A stretch of DNA of 32,000 nucleotides, taken from positions 690,001 to 722,000 of the forward strand of contig NC_022349.1 in assembly GCF_000354175.2 (NCBI RefSeq). Direction: 5' to 3'. The notes beneath the pieces are model-generated. The model did no database searches. It was not told the origin of the DNA and saw nothing but the letters and a program-made list of their open reading frames with translations. Within the stretch, counting starts at the first letter, position 1; every line of letters begins with the position of its first letter. Source of the stretch: Vibrio alginolyticus NBRC 15630 = ATCC 17749. Its GTDB lineage: Bacteria > Pseudomonadota > Gammaproteobacteria > Enterobacterales > Vibrionaceae. Below are positions 16,652-25,312 of the stretch, piece by piece. The translations under genes were made by a program, and so were the position numbers.

Positions 16652-17891
16652 GTCTAAGCACGCCATGCAACCCAATAACGTACGTCTGTGCCAAGGTTGT
16701 GAATTGCCTGTCGACATCGTCGACTTACCCCATGGCAAAAATGCACACTGCCCTCGTTGTGGTACACAATTATATCGCGGAGGTAGCCCTAGCCTCTCTG
16801 GTAATCTAGCCGTCGCGATAACCTGTATCCTACTATTTATTCCATCGCACTTTTTTAACTTTATTAGCATCCGACTCTTTGGTGTGATGATTCCGGCAAC
16901 CCTGCCTTCAGGGATGATCACATTGATGGAAGAAGGATTTGTTCTTCTTTCATTGCTCATTCTATTTTGTAGCTCTCTAGCGCCACTGACGGTTTGTGTT
17001 TCAGTGGTAACGGCGCATATTTCTTTACATCAACGATGGTTCCGTGGGCTTCGTATCTCACTGTGGCTAATTCAACATTTGAAGCATTGGGTTATGTTGG
17101 ATGTGTTCTTAGTTAGCATCGCCATTTCCTGTTTTAAACTCCAAGATTATTCCGACATTTTCGTCGGTCCGGGGTTAATTGGTCTGGTTCTTTTGCAGAT
17201 ATTTACCGTTTTGTTAGTTTCAAGAATCAGCGTGCGTCGTTATTGGGAAGCTTGGAAACCAGAAAGTTTATATGCTTTTGAGCATAAAGATGTGCATTGC
17301 CATGAATGCCACTTGTCCCAGCCTGAAGGTGACCATTGCCAGCGTTGTCATCACGAGTTATATCATCGCAAGCCAAACTCCATTCAGAAAACATGGGCTT
17401 ACCTCATCGCAGCAACGGTCGCCATCTTCCCTGCTAACCTGATCCCTATTTCCATCTTGCTTACCAATGGTAAGCGTTTGGAGGACACTATTTTTTCAGG
17501 CGTGGCTGGTTTGGTAAAAAGCGGCATGTATGGAATCGCTGCGATCATTTTTGTTGCGAGTATCGTTGTCCCGGTGATTAAAATACTTGGGCTCGCCTAC
17601 ATCATGCTTTGCATCCAATTCAAACGTTCGGTGTTTAAGAGACAACGAATGATGGTTTACTTTGTTGTTAAATGGATCGGTAAATGGTCTGTGATGGATT
17701 TGTTTGTTATTTCTATCATGATGACGTTAGTCGATCGTGGTCAGATACTGGATTTCACACCAGGATATGGCGCCGTAGCATTTGGTGTTGTCGTAGTGTT
17801 GACCATGCTTGCAGCAGAAAGTATTGATCCAAGGCTAATCTGGGACCAAACAAACCCAAAACAATCAGAAAAAGAGTCAATGAATGAGTGA
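16641..17891 (+). CDS. letA: Lipophilic envelope-spanning tunnel protein A (PqiA/YebS family integral membrane protein)
   Basis: The 416-aa ORF has two repeated modules. Each is preceded by a CxxC...CxxC zinc-ribbon (CQGC..CPRC and CHEC..CQRC) and followed by hydrophobic helices. It sits immediately upstream of, and overlaps, the 7-MCE gene, in the E. coli yebS position. Confidence 0.88.
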   Translation: MTSLSKHAMQPNNVRLCQGCELPVDIVDLPHGKNAHCPRCGTQLYRGGSPSLSGNLAVAITCILLFIPSHFFNFISIRLFGVMIPATLPSGMITLMEEGFVLLSLLILFCSSLAPLTVCVSVVTAHISLHQRWFRGLRISLWLIQHLKHWVMLDVFLVSIAISCFKLQDYSDIFVGPGLIGLVLLQIFTVLLVSRISVRRYWEAWKPESLYAFEHKDVHCHECHLSQPEGDHCQRCHHELYHRKPNSIQKTWAYLIAATVAIFPANLIPISILLTNGKRLEDTIFSGVAGLVKSGMYGIAAIIFVASIVVPVIKILGLAYIMLCIQFKRSVFKRQRMMVYFVVKWIGKWSVMDLFVISIMMTLVDRGQILDFTPGYGAVAFGVVVVLTMLAAESIDPRLIWDQTNPKQSEKESMNE

Positions 17892-20532
17892 TCAGAACAG
17901 TTCTCAAACGTCATACGTACCAGATGTAAAGCGGAGTAAAGGCATATCTCCTCTTTGGCTGTTGCCAATTTTGACCATGGTCTTAGCTGGCTGGCTTGTT
18001 GTGAAGTCGATACACGATGCAGGACAACGAGTGCAAATCTATTTTTCTGATGCCGCTGGTCTTGTCGCCGGCCGAACCACTATCCGTTACCAAGGATTAG
18101 AAGTCGGCATGGTAAGAGACATTAACCTCACCGAAGATCTCGGCAGTATTTATGTCGATGCTGATATCTATCCTGAAGCTGCAAAGTTACTGAACGATAA
18201 AACACGCTTTTGGTTAGTAAAACCAACAGCTAGCCTAACGGGAGTTTCCGGACTGGATGCGCTCGTCTCAGGTAACTACATCTCGATTCAACCCGGAGAT
18301 GGTCAAGAGTTTGAGACAACATTCCATGCGTTAGACTCTGCTCCAACAGATTTACGCGTTTCTCAAGGTTTGAATATTAAGCTCAAAAGCCGTGATTTAG
18401 GTGGTGTATCGGTTGGCTCTCAAATTGTTTATAAGAAAATCCCAATCGGTGAAGTGTACAGTTACCAGCTAGATGAAGATGCAAAATCTATCACTATTCA
18501 GGCCAACATTCAGGATCAATACCGACATATCATTAACAACCGCAGTCGATTCTGGAACGTCAGTGGAATTGGTGCCAGCATCGGTTTTGAAGGTGTCGAT
18601 GTAAGACTAGAAAGCATGAGTGCCTTACTAGGTGGCGCCATCGCCGTCGACTCTCCGGATGATGGTGAGCCTGTAGAAGAGAACACCGAGTTCCGTTTGT
18701 ATAAAGATTTGAAAACTGCTGGTCGAGGCATCGCGGTTAAAATCGTCCTACCTGATGACAGCAAGATCAGCGGAGAAGGCGCTCCAATTATGTATCGCGG
18801 AATCGAAATTGGCCAAGTTACGGACTTGAGCCTTTCCGAAGGCCGAGAAGTGATATTGGCGTCAGCGGCAATTCAACCCGCTTTTAGTGACATGCTGACG
18901 ACAGGTACTCGATTTGTCTTAGAAGAAGCAAAAGTGTCCCTCTCTGGTGTAGAAAACATTGCTAATTTAGTGCGAGGGAACTTCTTAACGATCGTGCCGG
19001 GCGCGGGTGAACGCTCTCGCCGCTTTACTGCCATTCGTAAAAACGTGTTTAACCAACAGCAAGAAAAGTCCATCGCGATTCGGTTGGTGTCCGACAATTC
19101 GTTTGGCCTAGATAGCGGTGCCAATGTACTTTATAAAGGCATCGTTGTTGGTTCAATCATCAAAGTGGGCCTAGTTAAGGAAGATAAAAAATCACAACAC
19201 GAAGTATTTATGGATGTATTGATTGACCATGAATACAAACATCTGATCAAATCAAACAATCGTTTTTATGTAACCGGCAGTGCATCAGCAGAGTTAACTG
19301 AATCCGGGCTCAGCGTTACCGTTCCTCCAGCAAAGCAGTTGTTAACCGGGTCAATTAGTTTTGTGAGCGAAGGCAAGCAGGATATTCAAAAAGAGTATCA
19401 ACTGTTCCAAAATGAATCATTGGCTGAATTGGCGCAGTACAATCAAAGTGGCTCTAGGGCTCTAACACTATTTGCTTCTGAATTGCCGCCGATTTCCAAA
19501 GGCAGCCCTCTACTCTATCGTAATCTTCCAGTTGGTAACGTCTCCGATTTCCAGCTAGTTGATGGCGGAGTACTAATTAAGGCTACTATCGAAAACCGCT
19601 TCGCTTATCTTGTAACGCCACAAACCGTTTTTTGGAATCGTTCAGGGATTGAGATAGATGCATCATTAGCCGGAGTCAGTGTGAAAGCGCACCCTTTAAA
19701 ATCGTTAATCGAAGGTGGCATCGCTTTTGACTCCGTACCAGGCGTTGAAAACAAAATCGGAGAAAACTGGAAGCTGTATTCTGATCAAAAAACCGCTCGC
19801 AAGTTTGGGCGCGTCATTGCTTTAGAAACCGACGGTTCGCAAGAGATTGCTAAAGGAATGCCGATTGAATATCAAGGTGTTAAAGTTGGTGAAATCACTC
19901 TGGTTGTACCGAATTTTCGTCGTAACATGGTTGAAGTCACTGCAAGGATCCTACCTGAATACGTAGAAAACATTGCAGTTGAAGGCTCACATTTTTGGCT
20001 AACTGAACCAGAAATTGGTTTAGGTGGCGTTAAAAACCTCGGGGCGTTGGTTTCGAAATCCATCAGTGTTGAGCCAGGTAAAGGTAAAGCTAAATTTGAT
20101 TTTCAATTAGAAAATAGTTCAGAACGCGTGCATGGAATCATGTTTACGTTACAAAGTGAACAGAGAGGCTCAGTACAAGTCGGTACCCCTATTCTTTACC
20201 GCCAGATGGAAGTTGGCCAAGTGACCGACGTAAGCCTAGGAGAATTTGCTGATCGCATCCTCACGACTATCAAAATACAGCCTGAATATGCTTACCTCGT
20301 TCGTCAAAACAGTGTGTTCTGGAATGTTTCAGGAGTAGATGTTTCCATCGGGCTTACCGGCGCTAACATCAAAGCGGGAACCTTTGATAGTTTAGTTCGC
20401 GGAGGAATTGCGTTTTCAACGCCAGAGCAATCGACTATTCCACCAGCGGCAAAGAGTGGGCAATCTTTCTTTTTGTATCCACAAGCTGAAGAAGGTTGGA
20501 CTCAATGGCGTACAGCAATTCCGAAGCCGTAG
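17884..20532 (+). CDS. letB: Lipophilic envelope-spanning tunnel protein B (YebT), seven tandem MCE domains
   Basis: The 882-aa ORF has an N-terminal TM helix. Seven repeats of the MCE core motif are visible: IRYQGLEVGMV, IVYKKIPIGEV, IMYRGIEIGQV, VLYKGIVVGSI, LLYRNLPVGNV, IEYQGVKVGEI, ILYRQMEVGQV. Its start ATG 17884 overlaps the letA stop by 8 nt (ATGAATGAGTGA), implying translational coupling. Confidence 0.93.
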   Translation: MSDQNSSQTSYVPDVKRSKGISPLWLLPILTMVLAGWLVVKSIHDAGQRVQIYFSDAAGLVAGRTTIRYQGLEVGMVRDINLTEDLGSIYVDADIYPEAAKLLNDKTRFWLVKPTASLTGVSGLDALVSGNYISIQPGDGQEFETTFHALDSAPTDLRVSQGLNIKLKSRDLGGVSVGSQIVYKKIPIGEVYSYQLDEDAKSITIQANIQDQYRHIINNRSRFWNVSGIGASIGFEGVDVRLESMSALLGGAIAVDSPDDGEPVEENTEFRLYKDLKTAGRGIAVKIVLPDDSKISGEGAPIMYRGIEIGQVTDLSLSEGREVILASAAIQPAFSDMLTTGTRFVLEEAKVSLSGVENIANLVRGNFLTIVPGAGERSRRFTAIRKNVFNQQQEKSIAIRLVSDNSFGLDSGANVLYKGIVVGSIIKVGLVKEDKKSQHEVFMDVLIDHEYKHLIKSNNRFYVTGSASAELTESGLSVTVPPAKQLLTGSISFVSEGKQDIQKEYQLFQNESLAELAQYNQSGSRALTLFASELPPISKGSPLLYRNLPVGNVSDFQLVDGGVLIKATIENRFAYLVTPQTVFWNRSGIEIDASLAGVSVKAHPLKSLIEGGIAFDSVPGVENKIGENWKLYSDQKTARKFGRVIALETDGSQEIAKGMPIEYQGVKVGEITLVVPNFRRNMVEVTARILPEYVENIAVEGSHFWLTEPEIGLGGVKNLGALVSKSISVEPGKGKAKFDFQLENSSERVHGIMFTLQSEQRGSVQVGTPILYRQMEVGQVTDVSLGEFADRILTTIKIQPEYAYLVRQNSVFWNVSGVDVSIGLTGANIKAGTFDSLVRGGIAFSTPEQSTIPPAAKSGQSFFLYPQAEEGWTQWRTAIPKP

Positions 20533-20573
20533 AATAAAGCTCAATTCACGTAAAATTGAAGTTTGATCACTTT

Positions 20574-20601
20574 AAAAGAGCAGCAATCGCTGCTCTTTTT
20601 T
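20574..20601 (+). terminator. Rho-independent terminator downstream of letB
   Basis: GAGCAGC (20578-20584), loop aatc, GCTGCTC (20589-20595), then T6. The stem is extendable by A/T pairs. Confidence 0.85.
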
Positions 20602-20682
20602 ATCGCTCGGCCCTTGTCACTATTCGTTTCTGCTTCGCTTTCGTATATTATTTGCCACAAATTCTGCAAACGAGATCCCACA

Positions 20683-22119
20683 TTGCATCCTAATGTTTAC
20701 ATCCCAGACGCGTTTCTGGAAAAAATCCAAACTATCCTTCCTGCTCACCTCAACATGGAAGACTTTATCGCGTCGTGCCAAAAGCCACTGCGCAAAAGTA
20801 TTCGAGTTAATACGTTGAAGATCAGTGTTGAAGCGTTTCTAGAACGAGCAGAAGCAAAAGGCTGGAAGCTTTCTCCTGTGCCTTGGTGTGACACGGGGTT
20901 TTGGATTGAAGCGGATGAGTCAGTTGTACCATTAGGCAACACAGCAGAACACATGTCTGGCTTATTCTACATTCAAGAAGCCAGTTCGATGATGCCGGTA
21001 TCTGCTCTGTTTATGAATGATGAATCTTACGATGCCGTGTTAGATACCGCAGCCGCTCCAGGCTCAAAAACCACTCAAATTGCAGCTTTAATGAACAACG
21101 AAGGTGTACTTGTGGCCAATGAATACGCCGCAAGTCGTGTAAAAGTACTGCACGCTAATGTGGAACGTTGTGGGGTACGTAACGCCGCACTAAGTAACTT
21201 CGATGGACGCGTTTTTGGCGGTTGGCTACCAGAACAATTTGATGCGGTTTTGCTCGACGCGCCTTGCTCTGGAGAAGGCACCGTTCGCAAAGACGAAGAT
21301 GCGATGAAAAACTGGACGCAAGCTTCCGTACTCGACATCGCTGACACACAGAAAGATCTTATTGAAAGCGCCTTCCATGCATTAAAGCCCGGTGGTGTGA
21401 TGGTTTACTCAACATGTACGCTCAGTACAGAAGAAAACCAACAAGTTTGTCAACACTTGAAAGAAACCTTTGGGGATGCTGTAGAGTTTGAAAGCCTTGA
21501 GAACTTGTTTGAAAACGCAGAGGCAGCTCTAACTGAAGAAGGCTTTTTGCATATTTTCCCACAGGTCTACGACTGTGAAGGGTTCTTTGTTGCAAGAATT
21601 CGCAAACTGGCTGCTGTTGAGGCGCCAGAAGTCAAAAAGCGCATGGGGAAATTCCCCTTTGCTAAAACTTCAAAAAAAGAATCGACAGAAATTGCTCAAC
21701 AACTCCAAAGCGCGTTAGGTATTAAACTTCCAAATGACAGTTCTGTATGGCTTCGCGATAAAGATGTCTGGTTATTCCCTAATGCTTTAGAAGCGATGAT
21801 CGGCGAATTACGCTTCTCCCGTATGGGTATAAAGATCGCGGAAGCCCATAAAAATGGCTACCGTTGGCAACACCAAGTCGCGACTGCCCTGGCGACAGGT
21901 TCTGAAAGCAACGCCATTGAACTCAGTATTGAAGAAGCGCGCGAATGGTACATGGGGCGTGATGTTCGCCCACAAACCATTCCTGAGGGAATGAAAACAG
22001 GTAAAGGCGAAGTGCTTGTCACCTATCAAGGCGCAGTTATTGGCCTTGGCAAGTGGGTAAGCAACCGAATAAAGAATGGTCTCCCTCGCGAATTAGTACG
22101 AGATAAGAACTTATTTTAA
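20683..22119 (+). CDS. rsmF: 16S rRNA (cytosine1407-C5)-methyltransferase RsmF (YebU)
   Basis: The ORF is colinear with E. coli RsmF from (M)[11 protein letters not shown] (E. coli ..HTVYFPDAFL). Shared motifs include [19 protein letters not shown], [12 protein letters not shown], [10 protein letters not shown] and YSTCTL. The ORF-track start 20563 lies inside the letB terminator. The first plausible in-frame start after that is TTG 20683, which gives 478 aa. Confidence 0.9.
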   Translation: MHPNVYIPDAFLEKIQTILPAHLNMEDFIASCQKPLRKSIRVNTLKISVEAFLERAEAKGWKLSPVPWCDTGFWIEADESVVPLGNTAEHMSGLFYIQEASSMMPVSALFMNDESYDAVLDTAAAPGSKTTQIAALMNNEGVLVANEYAASRVKVLHANVERCGVRNAALSNFDGRVFGGWLPEQFDAVLLDAPCSGEGTVRKDEDAMKNWTQASVLDIADTQKDLIESAFHALKPGGVMVYSTCTLSTEENQQVCQHLKETFGDAVEFESLENLFENAEAALTEEGFLHIFPQVYDCEGFFVARIRKLAAVEAPEVKKRMGKFPFAKTSKKESTEIAQQLQSALGIKLPNDSSVWLRDKDVWLFPNALEAMIGELRFSRMGIKIAEAHKNGYRWQHQVATALATGSESNAIELSIEEAREWYMGRDVRPQTIPEGMKTGKGEVLVTYQGAVIGLGKWVSNRIKNGLPRELVRDKNLF

Positions 22120-22145
22120 AAGACGTAACGAACCATAAATAAATG

Positions 22146-22174
22146 AAAAGCCATCGTATTTGCGATGGCTTTTT
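22146..22174. terminator. Rho-independent terminator downstream of rsmF (usable on both strands)
   Basis: AAGCCATCG (22148-22156), loop tatttg, CGATGGCTT (22163-22171), then TTT. On the minus strand the same stem is followed by TTTTCATTT. Confidence 0.8.
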
Positions 22175-22175
22175 A

Positions 22176-22372
22176 ATTCGTAAGTATGAAAGCAAGTGGG
22201 CTCGCTAGCGATCCGGACACGCTGTACTAAACTAGTTGTATCAAAGTAATGCTTTGATGTGGCATTTCTCTCTATGTTCACCAACAAAATTATTGTTGGA
22301 CAAGTTTAGCGCAGGCTCTGCGGAGCCGTTTCCCCTAGGCCCAAAAAAAGGAAAAGTTTGGGCCGTTTTTTT
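22176..22372 (+). ncRNA. Candidate small RNA or structured element ending at an orphan terminator (strand and ends uncertain)
   Basis: Four stem-loops occur in series: 22240-22258, 22281-22299, 22314-22327 and GGCCCAAA-N11-TTTGGGCC (22338-22364) followed by G+T7. No CDS is upstream of this terminator, because rsmF already terminates at 22146-22174. I found no convincing promoter. Confidence 0.25.
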
Positions 22373-22402
22373 GGCTGTAGTTCCACTATACGTGAGTTTG
22401 GA

Positions 22403-23236
22403 CTACGCTAGACGAATACCGTCTTTCTCAATGACAATTTTACCCTGCTTGTATAAGCCACCGATGGTCTTTTTATAAGTCCCTTTACTTGTGCGGAAAG
22501 CATCAAAAATCGCTTCAGGAGAAGACTTGTCATTCAAAGGCAAAAATCCGCCTTTCTTCTCTAGCAAGTCAAGGATCTTACTAGAAAGATCGTCCATTTT
22601 CGCCACACCGACTTTTTGTAGAGCAAGGTCGATTTTGCCATCTTCACGAATGTGCTTAATAAAGCCTTTCAGCTTTTTACCGATGTAAAGCTTACCAAAA
22701 ACATCCGATGGGAAAATCATGCCCCAATGCTTACCATTAACGATAGCTTTATAACCAAGTTGACTACGCTCTGCGATGATCAAATCAACTTGCTCGTTAA
22801 CTTCATAATTCGCTGGAGTTTTATCTAACCATTTATTGAACTTAGTCGTACCAACAATGCGACCTGACGCTTTGTCGGTATAAACATACACTAAAATGGT
22901 TTGTCCGGCAGAGAAGCGAGTGCGTTGCTCACTAAAAGGAATCAGTAAGTCCTTTTCTTTGATGCCCCAATTTACAAAAGCACCTGTCGCATTCACACCC
23001 TCAATCTTCATTAAACCCCATTCACCCACTTGGGCAATTGGTCTTTCAATGGTCGCAGCAAGTTGGCTTTCTGAATCGAAGTACAGAAATACGTCTACAT
23101 GCTCACCAATTTCAGTACCCTCTGGTACATACTTACTAGGTAGTAGAACAGAACCGTAATCATCGCCATCCAGAAATACGCCAAAATCAGCCTTTTTAAT
23201 GACTTCTAAGCTGTTAATTTGACCAATTTTAATCAT
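22403..23236 (-). CDS. S1 RNA-binding-domain protein, CvfB/YitL family
   Basis: The 277-aa ORF has repeated S1-like modules (GQINSLEVIKKADFGVFLDG.., GEWGLMKIEGVNATGAFVNWG.., VDLIIAERSQLGYKAIVNG..). A C-terminal winged-helix-like tail is typical of the CvfB family. Confidence 0.8.
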   Translation of the reverse strand: MIKIGQINSLEVIKKADFGVFLDGDDYGSVLLPSKYVPEGTEIGEHVDVFLYFDSESQLAATIERPIAQVGEWGLMKIEGVNATGAFVNWGIKEKDLLIPFSEQRTRFSAGQTILVYVYTDKASGRIVGTTKFNKWLDKTPANYEVNEQVDLIIAERSQLGYKAIVNGKHWGMIFPSDVFGKLYIGKKLKGFIKHIREDGKIDLALQKVGVAKMDDLSSKILDLLEKKGGFLPLNDKSSPEAIFDAFRTSKGTYKKTIGGLYKQGKIVIEKDGIRLA

Positions 23237-23428
23237 TGATTTTGTCTCTTTTTAAATTTACGTGGAATTATACCTAAACTAACAAGAAAATCAGAGAGAA
23301 AAGCATAGTGCTCTGTTATGCTGTTGTCGTTCAGCTATATGCCCCAGTCACTCTTTTAGCACTCTTATACTTACCTGCTCAACGGAACGCATAAGTTAAG
23401 AATGCTTTAGCAAAGTCAGGAGCTTTCT

Positions 23429-24781
23429 TTGGTCACCGTCGATAAACAAGACTCAATAACATTAAAAATCAGTCATGCACTCGCAAAGAGCAAAAGTGTC
23501 GACCTAGATATTTACTTTTTTATACCTGGTGAGCTTGGTTTAAACGCCGATATCATCAGTGAATCCGAATTTTATTACACCTCAATCACACAGCAACGAT
23601 CTTATTACAGTACTGAAATCCTTCTTCCGCTAGTACACAGTCGACTTGCCAAACGTGGACGCCTGTCGAATCAGCAATACCGAGTAAGTTTGAGTTTGTT
23701 CGCTTACCAATACGTTATCGCGCTAGACAAAGCGGTAGCAAGTTTAAACAAGCATGAGAACAACTCCGTAACGGAAGATGAAGTGGACGAAGTTATCGAG
23801 CTCACGCTTGAGATCTTAAAGCGCTTGCGGCGTTCTATTCCTTATGAAGAGAACTTAAAACGCTACTACGTTAACATCGATAACTATCTGTCTTGGTATA
23901 CCGAGCAAAAGTTCCTGTCACTGGTGGCCCATCTACCACGTGAAGGCGACTATGGCACGATCAAAAAGCGTCTGATCACGCTATGTGAGAAAGAGCAAGC
24001 CCATCGTAAACTCAACAAATACAACTCATCAAGAGTCGTTGAAGACGTTACTCGCCTATCTAACAAAATGCGCTTGCTAAGGCGATTGATTGAACACCCT
24101 ATCGTGCTTCGTGAAGAAACCATATCGATGGGTAACAACATTAAGCGCGCTATCAAAGGTATTGCAACCGGTTTAGTGATGGTTGTCGTGACCTCGACCG
24201 TGATTCTCGCTCGCGATTATCTGGGGGAAATTTCTGCCTCATTCATTATCGCGATGTCTTTTATTTACGCTTTACGAGAAATCTTTAAAGATGATTTACG
24301 CGATGCCATGTGGCGATGGATCCGTAAAGGCAAACCAAAATGGCGTAAGAAGTACGTTGATCCAACGACGAAAAAAGTGGTTGGCAAAAAATTGGAGTGG
24401 CTCGATTATCGTACCTTAAGTAGCTTGCCGGATAAGATTCAAAGAATACGTAAAAAACGCGTCGTTCAACGTGAAGAGCAGATTCTTCATTATCACGAGA
24501 AAACCGAAATGGCGACCTCTCTTTTCTTGAGTGGTTACGAACAAACGAGAGAAACATTGAACATCAGTTTGCGCCCTATCATCCGCTTGATGGATAAAAG
24601 CTCAAACCGAGTTTACCGTTTAAATGAAGGTCAAGTAACCAAAGAGTCAGTAGAGAAACGTCATTTGCTCAATGTGATTGTCAAAGAGGACAACCACACC
24701 GATGAGCCTGTTTATTACCGCTGGAAAGTGGTCTTAAATCGCTCCAAAATCGTCTCTATCGAGAAGATTGAACTCAATTAA
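23429..24781 (+). CDS. Hypothetical membrane protein, family not recognised
   Basis: The 450-aa ORF starts at TTG 23429, with GGAG 6 nt upstream. It has a soluble N-terminal region of about 230 aa. A central hydrophobic hairpin follows (GIATGLVMVVVTSTVILA / ISASFIIAMSFIYAL), then a very basic segment (WRWIRKGKPKWRKKY..IQRIRKKRVVQRE). Confidence 0.7.
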   Translation: MVTVDKQDSITLKISHALAKSKSVDLDIYFFIPGELGLNADIISESEFYYTSITQQRSYYSTEILLPLVHSRLAKRGRLSNQQYRVSLSLFAYQYVIALDKAVASLNKHENNSVTEDEVDEVIELTLEILKRLRRSIPYEENLKRYYVNIDNYLSWYTEQKFLSLVAHLPREGDYGTIKKRLITLCEKEQAHRKLNKYNSSRVVEDVTRLSNKMRLLRRLIEHPIVLREETISMGNNIKRAIKGIATGLVMVVVTSTVILARDYLGEISASFIIAMSFIYALREIFKDDLRDAMWRWIRKGKPKWRKKYVDPTTKKVVGKKLEWLDYRTLSSLPDKIQRIRKKRVVQREEQILHYHEKTEMATSLFLSGYEQTRETLNISLRPIIRLMDKSSNRVYRLNEGQVTKESVEKRHLLNVIVKEDNHTDEPVYYRWKVVLNRSKIVSIEKIELN

Positions 24782-24814
24782 GCCAACGCCTTTAAACAAA
24801 CGAGCCACAAACCA

Positions 24815-25312
24815 CTAGGCAGCCTCTTTTCTTTGTTGGGCTGCTTTTTTTATCGAAAGAGTAAGCGAAAATTCAGCCATTGGCTCGTCACCATGTAAAT
24901 TAGGACACAGCGCGACAATTTTTACGTCACGATTTACTCGTTCACCCGTTGCCAAGGTGTGCTCGAGCATCTCATCAATGACATGACCATCGTTACAAAC
25001 AAAGTGCACATCGGCTTCCGGGCGCTTTAAAAACTCGGCTTTCACACCTTTAAATGCTAGCGAGATCGCTTCTCCCTTTTCTTGCGCTTTACTCATAGCA
25101 AGAAAACCACCAGCAACATCAGCGCCAACGGCTAAAGCGCCGAAATACATGCTATTCAGGTGGTTCTTCGTTCTTCTGCGCAATGGGATACGAACCTCAA
25201 CATGCTTGCTATCTATCGCAATGATTTTAGGGTGGCAAAGCCAAATCAGCGGCACTTTCGAAAAGCCAAACAGATTTAGATACAAATTCGCACGACGTAG
25301 AGCTGATAACAT
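24815..25312 (-). CDS. Hot-dog-fold thioesterase-like protein (DUF4442 / YiiD C-terminal domain-like, recalled from memory)
   Basis: The 165-aa ORF has a strong SD, AGGAG 6 nt upstream of the ATG. The pattern LNSMYFGALAVGADVAGG..AFKGVKAEFLKRP is consistent with PaaI/DUF4442-type proteins. Confidence 0.6.
   Translation of the reverse strand: MLSALRRANLYLNLFGFSKVPLIWLCHPKIIAIDSKHVEVRIPLRRRTKNHLNSMYFGALAVGADVAGGFLAMSKAQEKGEAISLAFKGVKAEFLKRPEADVHFVCNDGHVIDEMLEHTLATGERVNRDVKIVALCPNLHGDEPMAEFSLTLSIKKAAQQRKEAA
24819..24851 (+). terminator. Rho-independent terminator of the 450-aa gene, embedded in the 3' end of the convergent CDS
   Basis: GCAGCC (24819-24824), a ~14-nt loop, GGCTGC (24839-24844), then T7 (24845-24851). 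Confidence 0.65.

Noticed and set aside
22236-22478. An 80-aa plus-strand ORF in the rsmF/cvfB spacer.
   Set aside because: It runs through four hairpins and an intrinsic terminator and then into the convergent CDS. It has no SD. The RNA-structure explanation is more parsimonious.
23342-23351. The 10-mer CCCCAGTCAC, whose reverse complement GTGACTGGGG is identical to the core of the enterobacterial ERIC/IRU repeat as I recall it.
   Set aside because: The similarity does not extend beyond the 10 nt on either side, and no matching inverted partner is nearby. A single 10-mer hit in 64 kb of two-strand sequence is not compelling. The adjacent 7-bp direct repeat CACTCTT (23349-23355 and 23360-23366) was noted but not interpretable.
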